From Planctomycetota bacterium (GTDB lineage Bacteria; Planctomycetota; Phycisphaerae; Phycisphaerales; SM1A02), in contig QWPT01000009.1 in NCBI GenBank assembly GCA_003671075.1, forward strand, positions 8,715-72,714: DNA of 64,000 bases. Reading direction: 5' to 3'. Numbering within the stretch: position 1 is the stretch's first letter; each line of letters begins with the position of its first letter. Below, piece by piece: positions 47,441 through 55,805 of this stretch. The position numbers were made by a program, and so were the translations under genes. The notes below the pieces were generated by a model. That model was not told the origin of the DNA and searched no databases. It saw nothing but the letters and a program-made list of their open reading frames with translations.

Positions 47441-48664
47441 ATGCAGCAACCTTTGACCCGACCAAACCCGCACCCGCCGCGCACCAACGCGGCGGGTGCG
47501 TTGTTTTTTGCTGCGGCGTTGGCCGTTGCTGGATGCATGACGAGCATGGCGAGCATGACAAGCATGGGTTGCGCTGGTGCGAAGAAGTCCACGCCCAAGC
47601 CGCTGCCGCCGCTCCAGCCGACCGCGGGAACCATCGTGGGAAGCGCGCTCTCTTTCGACTTTCGCGCATTGGGAACGGTTGCCAGCGACGGCGTCACTCT
47701 CCCGCTGCTCTCGCCCAATGGCAGTCACATCGCCGTGCAGACTGGTGCGGCACCCGATCTGCCGACCGCGCTGGCCCGACCGGGGCAGCGCACGCCGCTG
47801 GCCTCCCGCATCGCGATGTACCGACTGGAAGCGCGAGGAATCGTGCGGTTGGGCGAAACCGACGGTGGCCTGGTGCTCGGTCGCAGCGCGGACAACCGCG
47901 GATTTCTCGTTGAAAGCGTGCGGCCGGACGGCGCGCGTTGGATCGGCAAGGTTGATTGGAGCACGCGGGAAACCGAGTGGCTGGTGCAGGACGGGCGCGT
48001 GAATGCGTTCGCTTCCCTCGGCGGCGACGGCACTCTTACCTATTCGTCGCGCGAAATCCGTGAGCGGTACTTCGACCTCGTTGTCCGCAAGGATGGTCAG
48101 ACCCGTCGGCTGGCGGGCGATGGAACGCGCAGTTACCTGATGGCGTGCATGAACGCAGACGGCTCGCGGGTGTTCGCTGTGTCGTTGCGCGATGGCATTC
48201 TCGAACTGGCTTCGGCGGATCCGACGAGCGACGAGTCGTTGCGCCAATCGGTGGTGCGCGCCTTTGTGACCGACCGCGGTAACGACGAGCTCGCGCTGTT
48301 CATGACTTCGGCGCAAGGCGTGCGCGATGGCATCGATGGACGCGACTGGATTCTCTTCCATCGCTCGATGAATTCGCTGGCGCGCTGGAATGATGTCGAC
48401 GGGCTGCGCGTGGTTCCCGGGGGCGTGATGGCGTGGGCGCGCGTCGATGGAGCGCGCGAGGCGGTTCTCGTCGGCGGCAAGGTGCGGGTGCGCTCGACTG
48501 CGACCGATGCGCCCAATGGCGGACTCGATCCGGGCACTGTGGTCATCGAGCAACTCGGAGTGCCGCGTGCACTGGGAACCATCGAAGAACAGCCGGCAAT
48601 CATCATCTTTGCCCCAGAAGCCAATAGCGTTCGCGTGTTGATGGTGCGGATCCTGGCGAAGTAA
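47441..48664 (+). CDS. lipoprotein, TolB-like beta-propeller (hypothetical)
   Basis: Lipobox ALAVAGC, followed by a second Cys in the (M[TA]S)3MGC repeat. Repeated motifs (SPNGSHIAVQ, GGDGTLTYSS, NADGSRVFAV) suggest propeller blades. Confidence 0.6.
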   Translation: MQQPLTRPNPHPPRTNAAGALFFAAALAVAGCMTSMASMTSMGCAGAKKSTPKPLPPLQPTAGTIVGSALSFDFRALGTVASDGVTLPLLSPNGSHIAVQTGAAPDLPTALARPGQRTPLASRIAMYRLEARGIVRLGETDGGLVLGRSADNRGFLVESVRPDGARWIGKVDWSTRETEWLVQDGRVNAFASLGGDGTLTYSSREIRERYFDLVVRKDGQTRRLAGDGTRSYLMACMNADGSRVFAVSLRDGILELASADPTSDESLRQSVVRAFVTDRGNDELALFMTSAQGVRDGIDGRDWILFHRSMNSLARWNDVDGLRVVPGGVMAWARVDGAREAVLVGGKVRVRSTATDAPNGGLDPGTVVIEQLGVPRALGTIEEQPAIIIFAPEANSVRVLMVRILAK

Positions 48665-48699
48665 GCGCGGTTAGAAATGTTGCTGAAGGAAAATTGAAA

Positions 48700-48722
48700 G
48701 AGGCCCCGCAGTGCGGGGCCTC
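48700..48722. terminator. bidirectional intrinsic terminator hairpin between convergent genes
   Basis: Perfect 10-bp stem gaggccccgc / gcggggcctc with a 3-nt loop. Both flanks are T-rich when read in their respective transcript sense. Confidence 0.75.
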
Positions 48723-48752
48723 TGTAGGTTTGGTCTTGGGTGGCGAGGTGAA

Positions 48753-49187
48753 TTACTCGTCGTCGTCGAGGTCTTCGTCGTCGAGAAGTTCCTCGTCGTC
48801 GTCCGCTTCTTCGTCCTCGTCTTCGTCCTCGTCTTCGTCCTCGTCTTCGTCTTCTTCTTCCTCGTCTTCGTCTTCTTCTTCTTCCTCTTCTTCTTCCTCA
48901 ACCTCGTCTTCTTCTTCTTCTTCCTCGTCCTCATCCTCGTCTTCTTCTTCTTCCTTGTCCTTCTCTTCTTCGGCGTCTTCGTCACCGAATTCTTCTTCCT
49001 CGCCGAAGTCGTCGCCGTCGTCTTCGATCTCGAAGTCTTCGTCTTCGTCCTCATCGCGGGCGATGGGGGCGGTCCATTCGGAATCGCGCGCGGCGATGCC
49101 TGCGAAGAGGCTGTTGGCGCACGCGACAAACGCGCCCGCCTCGGTCAGGGCTTCACTTGAAACGACGTCGATGAGTTCTCGTGTCAT
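48753..49187 (-). CDS. hypothetical protein with an extreme poly-acidic (D/E) C-terminal tail
   Basis: The ATG is preceded by AGGA at about 8 nt. A 43-aa ordinary N-terminus (MTRELIDVVSSEALTEAGAFVACANSLFAGIAARDSEWTAPIA) is followed by ~100 residues that are almost entirely D/E. The ORF ends just before the terminator hairpin. Confidence 0.6.
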   Translation of the reverse strand: MTRELIDVVSSEALTEAGAFVACANSLFAGIAARDSEWTAPIARDEDEDEDFEIEDDGDDFGEEEEFGDEDAEEEKDKEEEEDEDEDEEEEEEDEVEEEEEEEEEDEDEEEEDEDEDEDEDEDEDEEADDDEELLDDEDLDDDE

Positions 49188-49368
49188 GGGTCAATTCCTG
49201 TCGCAGTCAGCCCGGCTTCTACGGGGTCTTGATCGCTGTCCGCCCTCTATCGGACGAAGGGCGGCGGAGTCTGAAGAGTTCCGAGATTTCTGTTGGTCGC
49301 CCGTTGATCAACGAGTAATCGAGGACGAGGATGGAACGGGGGAGTTGTCGTGTCTGTGGCGCAGCCTG

Positions 49369-52300
49369 TCAAGGCGACTTTGGCGCGATCTGGTCATCAT
49401 TCTGCGAAGGGCGGACGGGCGGGACAGGCGCGACAGAATTGGCGTCGGCGGGCATGGCCACCGCCATCGTGCCCTGAACATTGGAGAGGAGCAGCCACCC
49501 GTCGGCGGCGAGGACTCGACTCACCCTTGAATCCATCGCCTTCACCTCGAAAGCGCCGCCTTCGTTTCGCAGCCCCTTGGCGGGCGAGAGCCGCTCAATC
49601 ACGCAGCCGCTCTGATAGCGGAGCTTCCCCGCATCGGCAATTGGCTCAAGCGCGTTGACCTGAAGCAGCGCACCCTCGATGGGGATTGCGAAACCGAGAG
49701 TCGCATCGCGGGCGCTGCTGTCGAGGCCGATGGTGTCGCCGTGAGGTCCGAGGAGGACGAAACGGTCGTCGGCCTGCAGAAGCAGGCCTTCGCGCAGCAG
49801 ATGCTGGTCGCGCAATTGTCGCGCGTCGGCGGCGTCGGGGAAGATGTAGCTTCGTGTGGCGCCGGCAAAGATGGGCGTGAGGGTGGGACGACCGTCGCCA
49901 TCGACTGCAAAGATGTGCGCGCCGAGCAGACAAGGTCGCTCAGACTCGGTTGTCTCGGAGCCGGTTGAAACGAAGGTCGGCAGCGCCTCGCCGGTTGCGG
50001 AGGTCGTCCAGCGTTCGATTCCGCCCTTGGTCGCAATGAAGACCTCGCCGAGCGCGGTTGCAAAAGCCCACTTCACATCGCCGCGGGTGATAGGCGCAAT
50101 GCGCAGGCGGGGATGAAGCGTGCGCGCGTCGAGCACCACCACCATCGGGCGCGGACCGTCGGCCGAGGACTCGCGTCCGCCGAGCGTGAGTAGCCCATCA
50201 TGAAGGTTCTCCGCAAAGATCTGCGCGAGCACTCCGCGGGCGAGCAGCGCAGAAGGATGCTCATCCATGACACCCACGCGCGCGATATCACCGTTGCGCC
50301 TAGCCAAGACGAGGGACTCACCGTCGCAGATGGGAAGCACCATCGCGGAAACCGCGGGCTGCTGGTTGCCATCACCGAGGAACCCCCTTGGTGGCTGGGC
50401 ATTGGTCGGCGGGGCATTGGGCGGCGGGGCATTGGGCCGCGGCGCATTGGGCAACCGAACATCCAGATTGGGAAGTTGCCGATCGATGGGCTGCCCGGCG
50501 GGAGCTGGCTCGAGCGCCGCGGGTTCCGATTTCGGCGCCGCTTCGGCCGAATTGGGCCAGAGATCGGCCGGACGCGGCGAGGTGTAGACGATCGTGCCAC
50601 TTTCAGGGTCGATGATGACCCCGTTGTCTTCACCCTTGGCCAAGGTCTGCCAAAGGACGACGCGCTTGTTGGCCCAGAGGAGGACGGGATCGCGGTCATC
50701 GACACGCAGACGCCATTGCGGAGCGAGTTCGGGGCCGGAAAGGCGGGTGAGCGCGCCGTCGAGGAGTCCGAGGATGAGCGTTCGGTCACGCGTCTGGCGG
50801 ACGGTGGCGGTTTCGCTGACGAGGCGCGCACGCAGGTCGATGCCGACGGTGGCCGTGGCGCCAAGGACCGCCAGTGGCGCAGGCGGCGCGTGCAGGTCTG
50901 GGCGATCAATGCCGCTAGCGACGAGCAGTTGGCCGATGCGGTCGTCCATGGCCGCGCGCTGGGTAGCGGACACCTCGCCGCGACGAGCGAGATCTGCGCG
51001 CAGCGCATCGATGAGATCGACGCGCGCGGGCGGCAGCAGGCAATCGACGATGGCGGCGATGGTGAGATCGGTGGCGAAAGGTGGCGCAGGCGACGGCTGG
51101 GCGGCGATGGCATCGACCGCGGATTGCGTGCGCGAGTGAGTGCGAACGAATGCCGCGAGTTGGTCGCCGGTCGGAGTGGCGCCGAGGCGATCGCGGGCGG
51201 CGCGGGCATCGGCCTCAAGCGCGCTCGCAATGTCTCGATCGCGCGAGGCAAGCTGGGCAACACGGGCGAGAGCCTCGAGGCGAACCTGACGGTCCATCAC
51301 GGGTCCGTCAGACATACTGTCACCAACTTCGCCCGTCGCGTCGCCCCCCATGCCAAAGGTCGCGCCAACGGACGCGCCAAAGGTCGCGCCAACGGACGCG
51401 CCTGCAGAATCGGCGCTTCCTGAGGTGACGACAAGTTGGCTGAGCAGTGTGGGGTCGGAGGCAACGGCGCGCCAACACTCGACCGCCTCGGTTGCACGAC
51501 CAGCGGTGCGCAGAAAATCACCGCGCGCCATTTCGGCGCCGACGCGCAGCATCGGGGTGTCAGACACCTGCGCGACAATGCGATAGACCTCGTCGCCCTT
51601 GTCGGGATGCTGCTGCGCGAGACTGACGAGTTTGTCGATGAGTTCGGCGCGAAGGCTGTCATTGCCCTGAACCTGACCCTGACCGGGAACGCGACCCCGC
51701 GCCTCGCCGAGAGCTTTCGCGGCGGTGCGGGCGGCGTCGATCGCAACCGATGGACGACCCGTGGCGTTGGCGAGTTCGAGCAGCGCAATCGCCGCCGATG
51801 GATCGTCGGGCGAAGCCGCCAGACGCGCGCGCAACATCGACTCCGCGCGCTCCGATGGCATGATGACCCGCAGCGCATCGTCGCCAGCGGCCACGATGCG
51901 ATCGGACAACAACAGCGGATTGCATGGGCGTTCGCTGGGAATGCGCGCGTTGAGCTTACCGGTGGCCAGCTCAAGCAACAAAATGTCTTCGAGCCCGGGC
52001 ACGACGACATACTGGCCCGCAACGCTCACTCGGCCGCGAATGCCGTTGCGGATCAGGGCGCCTGGCCGTGGCGGTGAAAGCGTGGCGATGGTGTCGCTGA
52101 GCGACCAGAGTCGCTTGCGAAGGTCGCGCGCGTCGAAGGCGACGATGTTACTGCCGACGCTCAGAACGATCGGCGTGGCGTCTGCACCGTCGGCGCTGCT
52201 CGAACTGACGGCGCTGACGAGGTAGTTCGGGGAGGCCCATGCGGTGTCGGGTCCGATGGGCTGCGATTCGAACAAGCGTCCGGTGGCGCGGTCGAGCGCG

Positions 52301-53919
52301 ACCACCTCGAGTTCGTCAGGCGTGATGGCGATGACGCGGTCGGCGATGATCGCAGGGCTCGACATTTCCCAAGGCTGGGCGAAATAGCGCGGCTCGCGCA
52401 AGGGCACGGGAAATCGGCGCAGCCACTCGATGGCGCCGTCGGCGGCTTTCACGCAGACCACGGCGCCGAGAGGAGTGGAGTCGATGACGATCGAGTCATC
52501 GGTTGCGAGTCCCGCGTTCTTTCGCCCTACCGACCCGCGGTTGCTCGGTGCGCCCGCGACCGAAGTCGCCCAACGCAAATGGCCATCGCGGCGATCGAGT
52601 GCGAGCAGCCAGTCGACTTGCTCGAGGCGTTGCGTCGGTTTGCGGGCGGCGACCACCACAACATCGCTCACCAACAGCGGCGTGCCGACGGGGAACAGGC
52701 CGGCGAGATCGGCGCGCCCATCGCATCCGTCGACCACGGTGTTCCACTTGATCATGCCGGTCGCGGGATCGAGGCACCAGACGCGCGCCGTCGCGCTGCG
52801 ACCACTGGCGAAGGCGTGGCCCTCATAAACGATGAGCGCGCCTTCGTCGGCGACAATCGCGGAGAGATCGGCCACCGCGCCGCTTTCGCGCTCGATGCCG
52901 ATGCTGCCGATTTCGCGGGTCCAGAGCTCGTCGCGCGAATCAAGATCAACGGCGCGCACCCGATGACCCTCGCAGATGAAAATGCGGTTGCCCAGCACGG
53001 TGGGAACCGCGGTCATGACCGTGGCTTCAGTGCGGGCGCGGTCGAGGTCGCGCTGCTGACGCGCGGAGAAATTTCCGCCGAACAGACGGTGATACAGGCT
53101 CTGGTCGAGCTCAAGCGACCAGATCTGCCGCCAGGTTTCATCGGGATTTCCGCCATCGGGCGCGGTTGTGAGCGGCGAGCGACCCGCGCCGCCGCCAGTT
53201 GCGCGTGCGGTGCGCTCGGCGGCTGCGCGCGCGCGTGCGATCGACTCTGCATCCACGCCGCCAGCCATGCCTCCACCCACGCCGCCAGCAAGCGCAACAA
53301 GTCGGGCAATCGCAGCATCGGCGCCCGCGCCATCGCCCATGCGCCGACGCGCCATGGCCTCCAAGGTCGCGTGCGCCACCGCCTCGCTGCCCAGCAGATC
53401 GGGGTGCTGCGCAACTTCATCGAGCAGCGTGATGGCCTCGAGCGGCCGATCGGCGCGCAGCGCGTCCTCCGCGAGCATCAGGCTTGCGGAAAGACCGGCG
53501 GGCGTGAGTCGGCGTCGCGCGGCGGTGGCGGCGGGCCCGTCCTCGCGGAGCATGCGCTCGGCGGCGCGCGACTCCATGTCGCGAAATCGAGCGAGCACGA
53601 TGGGATTTGCCAACAGGAAGCGTTCGGTCTGCGCGGCGACTGAGTTGAAGAGGTCGTCGCTGGCGACGCCGATGCGAACAACACGGTTGCCATACTCGTC
53701 GAGCAACCTTCGCGCGAGGCGCGCACTTTCACCAGGGTTTTCGCGGGCCTGCGAGCGAATGTCGTCAAATAGCGTTTGCGCGGTGGGTGAATCGGAAATC
53801 GCGGGCGTGGTGGTTTGCTGCGCGGAGGCCGTTGTGGCGCAAAGATAGATCGCAGCGGCAACGGCGGCCGCGAGAGGCGAAAGCACTGCGGGAGATGGAG
53901 AGAGAAACGGTGGACGCAC
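49369..53919 (-). CDS. very large secreted protein with PQQ/BamB-like beta-propeller repeats and helical (TPR-like) regions
   Basis: Signal peptide (LSPLAAAVAAAIYLCATTASAQQ) after a GTG at 53919. Repeated propeller motifs are present (RVRAVDLDSRDELW, VWCLDPATGMIKW, LLALDRRDGHLRW, VCVKAADGAIEW, VVALDRATGRLF), with a second degenerate propeller in the C-terminal third. The ORF-track start at 54216 would overlap the divergent gene. Confidence 0.8.
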   Translation of the reverse strand: MRPPFLSPSPAVLSPLAAAVAAAIYLCATTASAQQTTTPAISDSPTAQTLFDDIRSQARENPGESARLARRLLDEYGNRVVRIGVASDDLFNSVAAQTERFLLANPIVLARFRDMESRAAERMLREDGPAATAARRRLTPAGLSASLMLAEDALRADRPLEAITLLDEVAQHPDLLGSEAVAHATLEAMARRRMGDGAGADAAIARLVALAGGVGGGMAGGVDAESIARARAAAERTARATGGGAGRSPLTTAPDGGNPDETWRQIWSLELDQSLYHRLFGGNFSARQQRDLDRARTEATVMTAVPTVLGNRIFICEGHRVRAVDLDSRDELWTREIGSIGIERESGAVADLSAIVADEGALIVYEGHAFASGRSATARVWCLDPATGMIKWNTVVDGCDGRADLAGLFPVGTPLLVSDVVVVAARKPTQRLEQVDWLLALDRRDGHLRWATSVAGAPSNRGSVGRKNAGLATDDSIVIDSTPLGAVVCVKAADGAIEWLRRFPVPLREPRYFAQPWEMSSPAIIADRVIAITPDELEVVALDRATGRLFESQPIGPDTAWASPNYLVSAVSSSSADGADATPIVLSVGSNIVAFDARDLRKRLWSLSDTIATLSPPRPGALIRNGIRGRVSVAGQYVVVPGLEDILLLELATGKLNARIPSERPCNPLLLSDRIVAAGDDALRVIMPSERAESMLRARLAASPDDPSAAIALLELANATGRPSVAIDAARTAAKALGEARGRVPGQGQVQGNDSLRAELIDKLVSLAQQHPDKGDEVYRIVAQVSDTPMLRVGAEMARGDFLRTAGRATEAVECWRAVASDPTLLSQLVVTSGSADSAGASVGATFGASVGATFGMGGDATGEVGDSMSDGPVMDRQVRLEALARVAQLASRDRDIASALEADARAARDRLGATPTGDQLAAFVRTHSRTQSAVDAIAAQPSPAPPFATDLTIAAIVDCLLPPARVDLIDALRADLARRGEVSATQRAAMDDRIGQLLVASGIDRPDLHAPPAPLAVLGATATVGIDLRARLVSETATVRQTRDRTLILGLLDGALTRLSGPELAPQWRLRVDDRDPVLLWANKRVVLWQTLAKGEDNGVIIDPESGTIVYTSPRPADLWPNSAEAAPKSEPAALEPAPAGQPIDRQLPNLDVRLPNAPRPNAPPPNAPPTNAQPPRGFLGDGNQQPAVSAMVLPICDGESLVLARRNGDIARVGVMDEHPSALLARGVLAQIFAENLHDGLLTLGGRESSADGPRPMVVVLDARTLHPRLRIAPITRGDVKWAFATALGEVFIATKGGIERWTTSATGEALPTFVSTGSETTESERPCLLGAHIFAVDGDGRPTLTPIFAGATRSYIFPDAADARQLRDQHLLREGLLLQADDRFVLLGPHGDTIGLDSSARDATLGFAIPIEGALLQVNALEPIADAGKLRYQSGCVIERLSPAKGLRNEGGAFEVKAMDSRVSRVLAADGWLLLSNVQGTMAVAMPADANSVAPVPPVRPSQNDDQIAPKSP

Positions 53920-53998
53920 GGCTCGAAGAGTAGCGTTGGAAACGCTCCGCGGGCGACCATCGCACGGTCGTCCGCGCTGTCCTGCTACATTTCCAACG

Positions 53999-54505
53999 AT
54001 GCACTGCGGAACACTTCTTTCATGGAATCGGCTTGCGCTTACGGGTGCGGTTGTTGCGAGCGTTTTTGCCATCGTTGCCGGATCGGGCTGCACCGTGGTG
54101 CGTCCCGATGCGCGTGCATCGGCGGCGACCATCGTCGCCCATGGTGAGGCCACGGCCGCGATCGACATCACGCTCGAAATCATCAACGCCGAACTGACCG
54201 AAGTCGAGCTCATCAACTACGACTACAAGATCACGCTCGACGATGGAAGCAGCTACGGCGGCCGTTGGGCGGCGTTGCGTGCATTGCCGCCTGGGCAGAC
54301 GGTCACGGCGACGATTCCCGCAATCGTTCCCGAGGCGAGTGCACGCGTGGGCGCGCGATGGGTCGTGTCGGGCACCGCGTCGTACCGCGATCCGCAATCG
54401 TTCGCCCGCATTCTCTACGAAGCCGGCCTCCTGAAGACGCAGGCTGAATTCGGCGGCTCGGGAACCCTTGCCGCCAAGGCGCCCGCGATTCCAGCGCCGA
54501 AATAG
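53999..54505 (+). CDS. LEA_2 (LEA14/NDR1-like) domain lipoprotein
   Basis: Lipobox FAIVAGSGC. A beta-sandwich-like pattern (IDITLEIINAELTEVELINYDYKITLDDGSSYG...LPPGQTVTATIPAIV) resembles bacterial LEA_2 proteins. Moderate-confidence family call. Confidence 0.5.
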   Translation: MHCGTLLSWNRLALTGAVVASVFAIVAGSGCTVVRPDARASAATIVAHGEATAAIDITLEIINAELTEVELINYDYKITLDDGSSYGGRWAALRALPPGQTVTATIPAIVPEASARVGARWVVSGTASYRDPQSFARILYEAGLLKTQAEFGGSGTLAAKAPAIPAPK

Positions 54506-54556
54506 ATGCGCGCAGGCAGGTAGATCCGCGAAGGCAAGTAGATCCGCGCAGGCAGG
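54503..54556. repeat. 3 x 18-bp tandem repeat (tagatccgcgcaggcagg)
   Basis: Units at 54503-54520, 54521-54538 and 54539-54556. The first unit begins with the stop codon of the preceding gene. Confidence 0.9.
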
Positions 54557-54707
54557 TCCCGAAACTCTCCGCTGCCATCGGCCTTGCCTGTCAACGGCGG
54601 GTGTTTCCCCCGCAGATAGAACCTCTTCGCGCCCGTCTTGCCCCTGCGGCTCACGGAGGGCCATTTGTGCGCCGATGTGAGCGTGTCCAAATTCGGAGGG
54701 ACTCGCT

Positions 54708-55775
54708 GTGGTTGAATCTGCTCTTCTCAATGACATCCTGCGGAAGGCAAATGAGTCCGACGCATCGGACGTGCATCTCGTGGCCAACCATGCCCCGATG
54801 GTGCGCTCCCACACCATCATGCAACCCATGGAAATGCCCGTGCTCACGGGCGAGGACATGTGGCGCATCCTGGCGGGAATCACCAATGAACATCAGCGTC
54901 GCCATTTCGAGCAGCACCTCGATCTCGACTTCTCCTACGAAATCCCGGGCTTCAAGCGCTACCGCGTGAATGCGCACATGCAGCGCGGTTTGGTTGGCAT
55001 GGCCATGCGCGCCATCCGCACCAAGGTTCCGCCGCTGGCGGCGTTGAATCTTCCCGAGGTCATCACTCGACTCACCTATCTGCCGCGCGGCCTCGTGCTC
55101 GTTACTGGCGACACCGGCTCGGGCAAGTCGACCACGCTGGCCGCGATGATTCAGGCGATGAATGAGCGCTACAAGAAGCACATCATCACGCTTGAGGATC
55201 CCGTCGAGTACACATTCTCGAGCCAGAAGTGCCTCATCGAGCAGCGTGAGCTCGGCGCCGATATGCCGACTTTCGCGAGCGGACTGAAGCATGCGCTGCG
55301 TCAGGATCCCGACATCATTCTCGTCGGCGAAATGCGCGACCTTGAGACGACCGCCCTCGCGATCACCGCGGCGGAAACCGGTCACCTCGTGCTCTCGACG
55401 CTTCACACCGTGAACGCATCGCAGACGGTCGAGCGCATCGTTGACATGTACCCGGCGAACCAGCAGAACCAGATCCGCGCCATGCTTGCCAACACGCTGC
55501 AGGCCGTCATCTCGCAGACGCTATTCCGTCGCGTTGACAAGGCGGGCATGGTGCCTGCAATCGAAGTGATGCTCTGCACGCCAGCCGTGCGCAACATCAT
55601 TCGCGAAGCACGCACCTACGAGATTCCGAATGTCATCGAAACCAGCCGTTCAATCGGCATGACGACACTCGACAACTCGATCGCTGAACTCTACTTCAAC
55701 GGAATGATCTCGCGCGAGGACGCCATCGCTCAGGCGGCGTTCCCCGACAAGCTCGATCGCACCTTGGCGGCCTAA
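54708..55775 (+). CDS. pilT: type IV pilus retraction ATPase PilT
   Basis: Walker A VTGDTGSGKSTTLA, GHLVLSTLHT and the PilT-specific AIRNLIRE-type motif (PAVRNIIREARTYEI). The 355-aa length fits PilT. GTG start 8 nt after GGAGG. Confidence 0.9.
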   Translation: MVESALLNDILRKANESDASDVHLVANHAPMVRSHTIMQPMEMPVLTGEDMWRILAGITNEHQRRHFEQHLDLDFSYEIPGFKRYRVNAHMQRGLVGMAMRAIRTKVPPLAALNLPEVITRLTYLPRGLVLVTGDTGSGKSTTLAAMIQAMNERYKKHIITLEDPVEYTFSSQKCLIEQRELGADMPTFASGLKHALRQDPDIILVGEMRDLETTALAITAAETGHLVLSTLHTVNASQTVERIVDMYPANQQNQIRAMLANTLQAVISQTLFRRVDKAGMVPAIEVMLCTPAVRNIIREARTYEIPNVIETSRSIGMTTLDNSIAELYFNGMISREDAIAQAAFPDKLDRTLAA

Positions 55776-55805
55776 TTCGCGTTCAAACTTCAGGCGGCTC
55801 CCACG

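Noticed and set aside
44625-48553. Minus-strand ORFs of 471 aa (44625-46040), 254 aa (46226-46990) and 444 aa (47219-48553)
   Set aside because: They are antisense to the secretin and the lipoprotein gene. They have no motifs and are Arg/Ala-rich shadow frames.
48671-49530. Alternative frames through the acidic-tail region: plus-strand poly-Ser ORF (48694-49530) and minus-strand Lys/Arg/Thr-rich ORF (48671-49129)
   Set aside because: The poly-Ser ORF would start inside the terminator hairpin and run into the 3' end of the giant gene. The K/R/T frame has no plausible start context. The D/E frame has an ATG with an SD sequence, a normal N-terminal segment, and stops just before the terminator. 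This remains a judgement call pending expression data.
54020-54886. 288-aa minus-strand ORF overlapping the LEA_2-like gene and the pilT start
   Set aside because: It is antisense to two better-supported genes and is an Arg-rich, motif-free shadow ORF.
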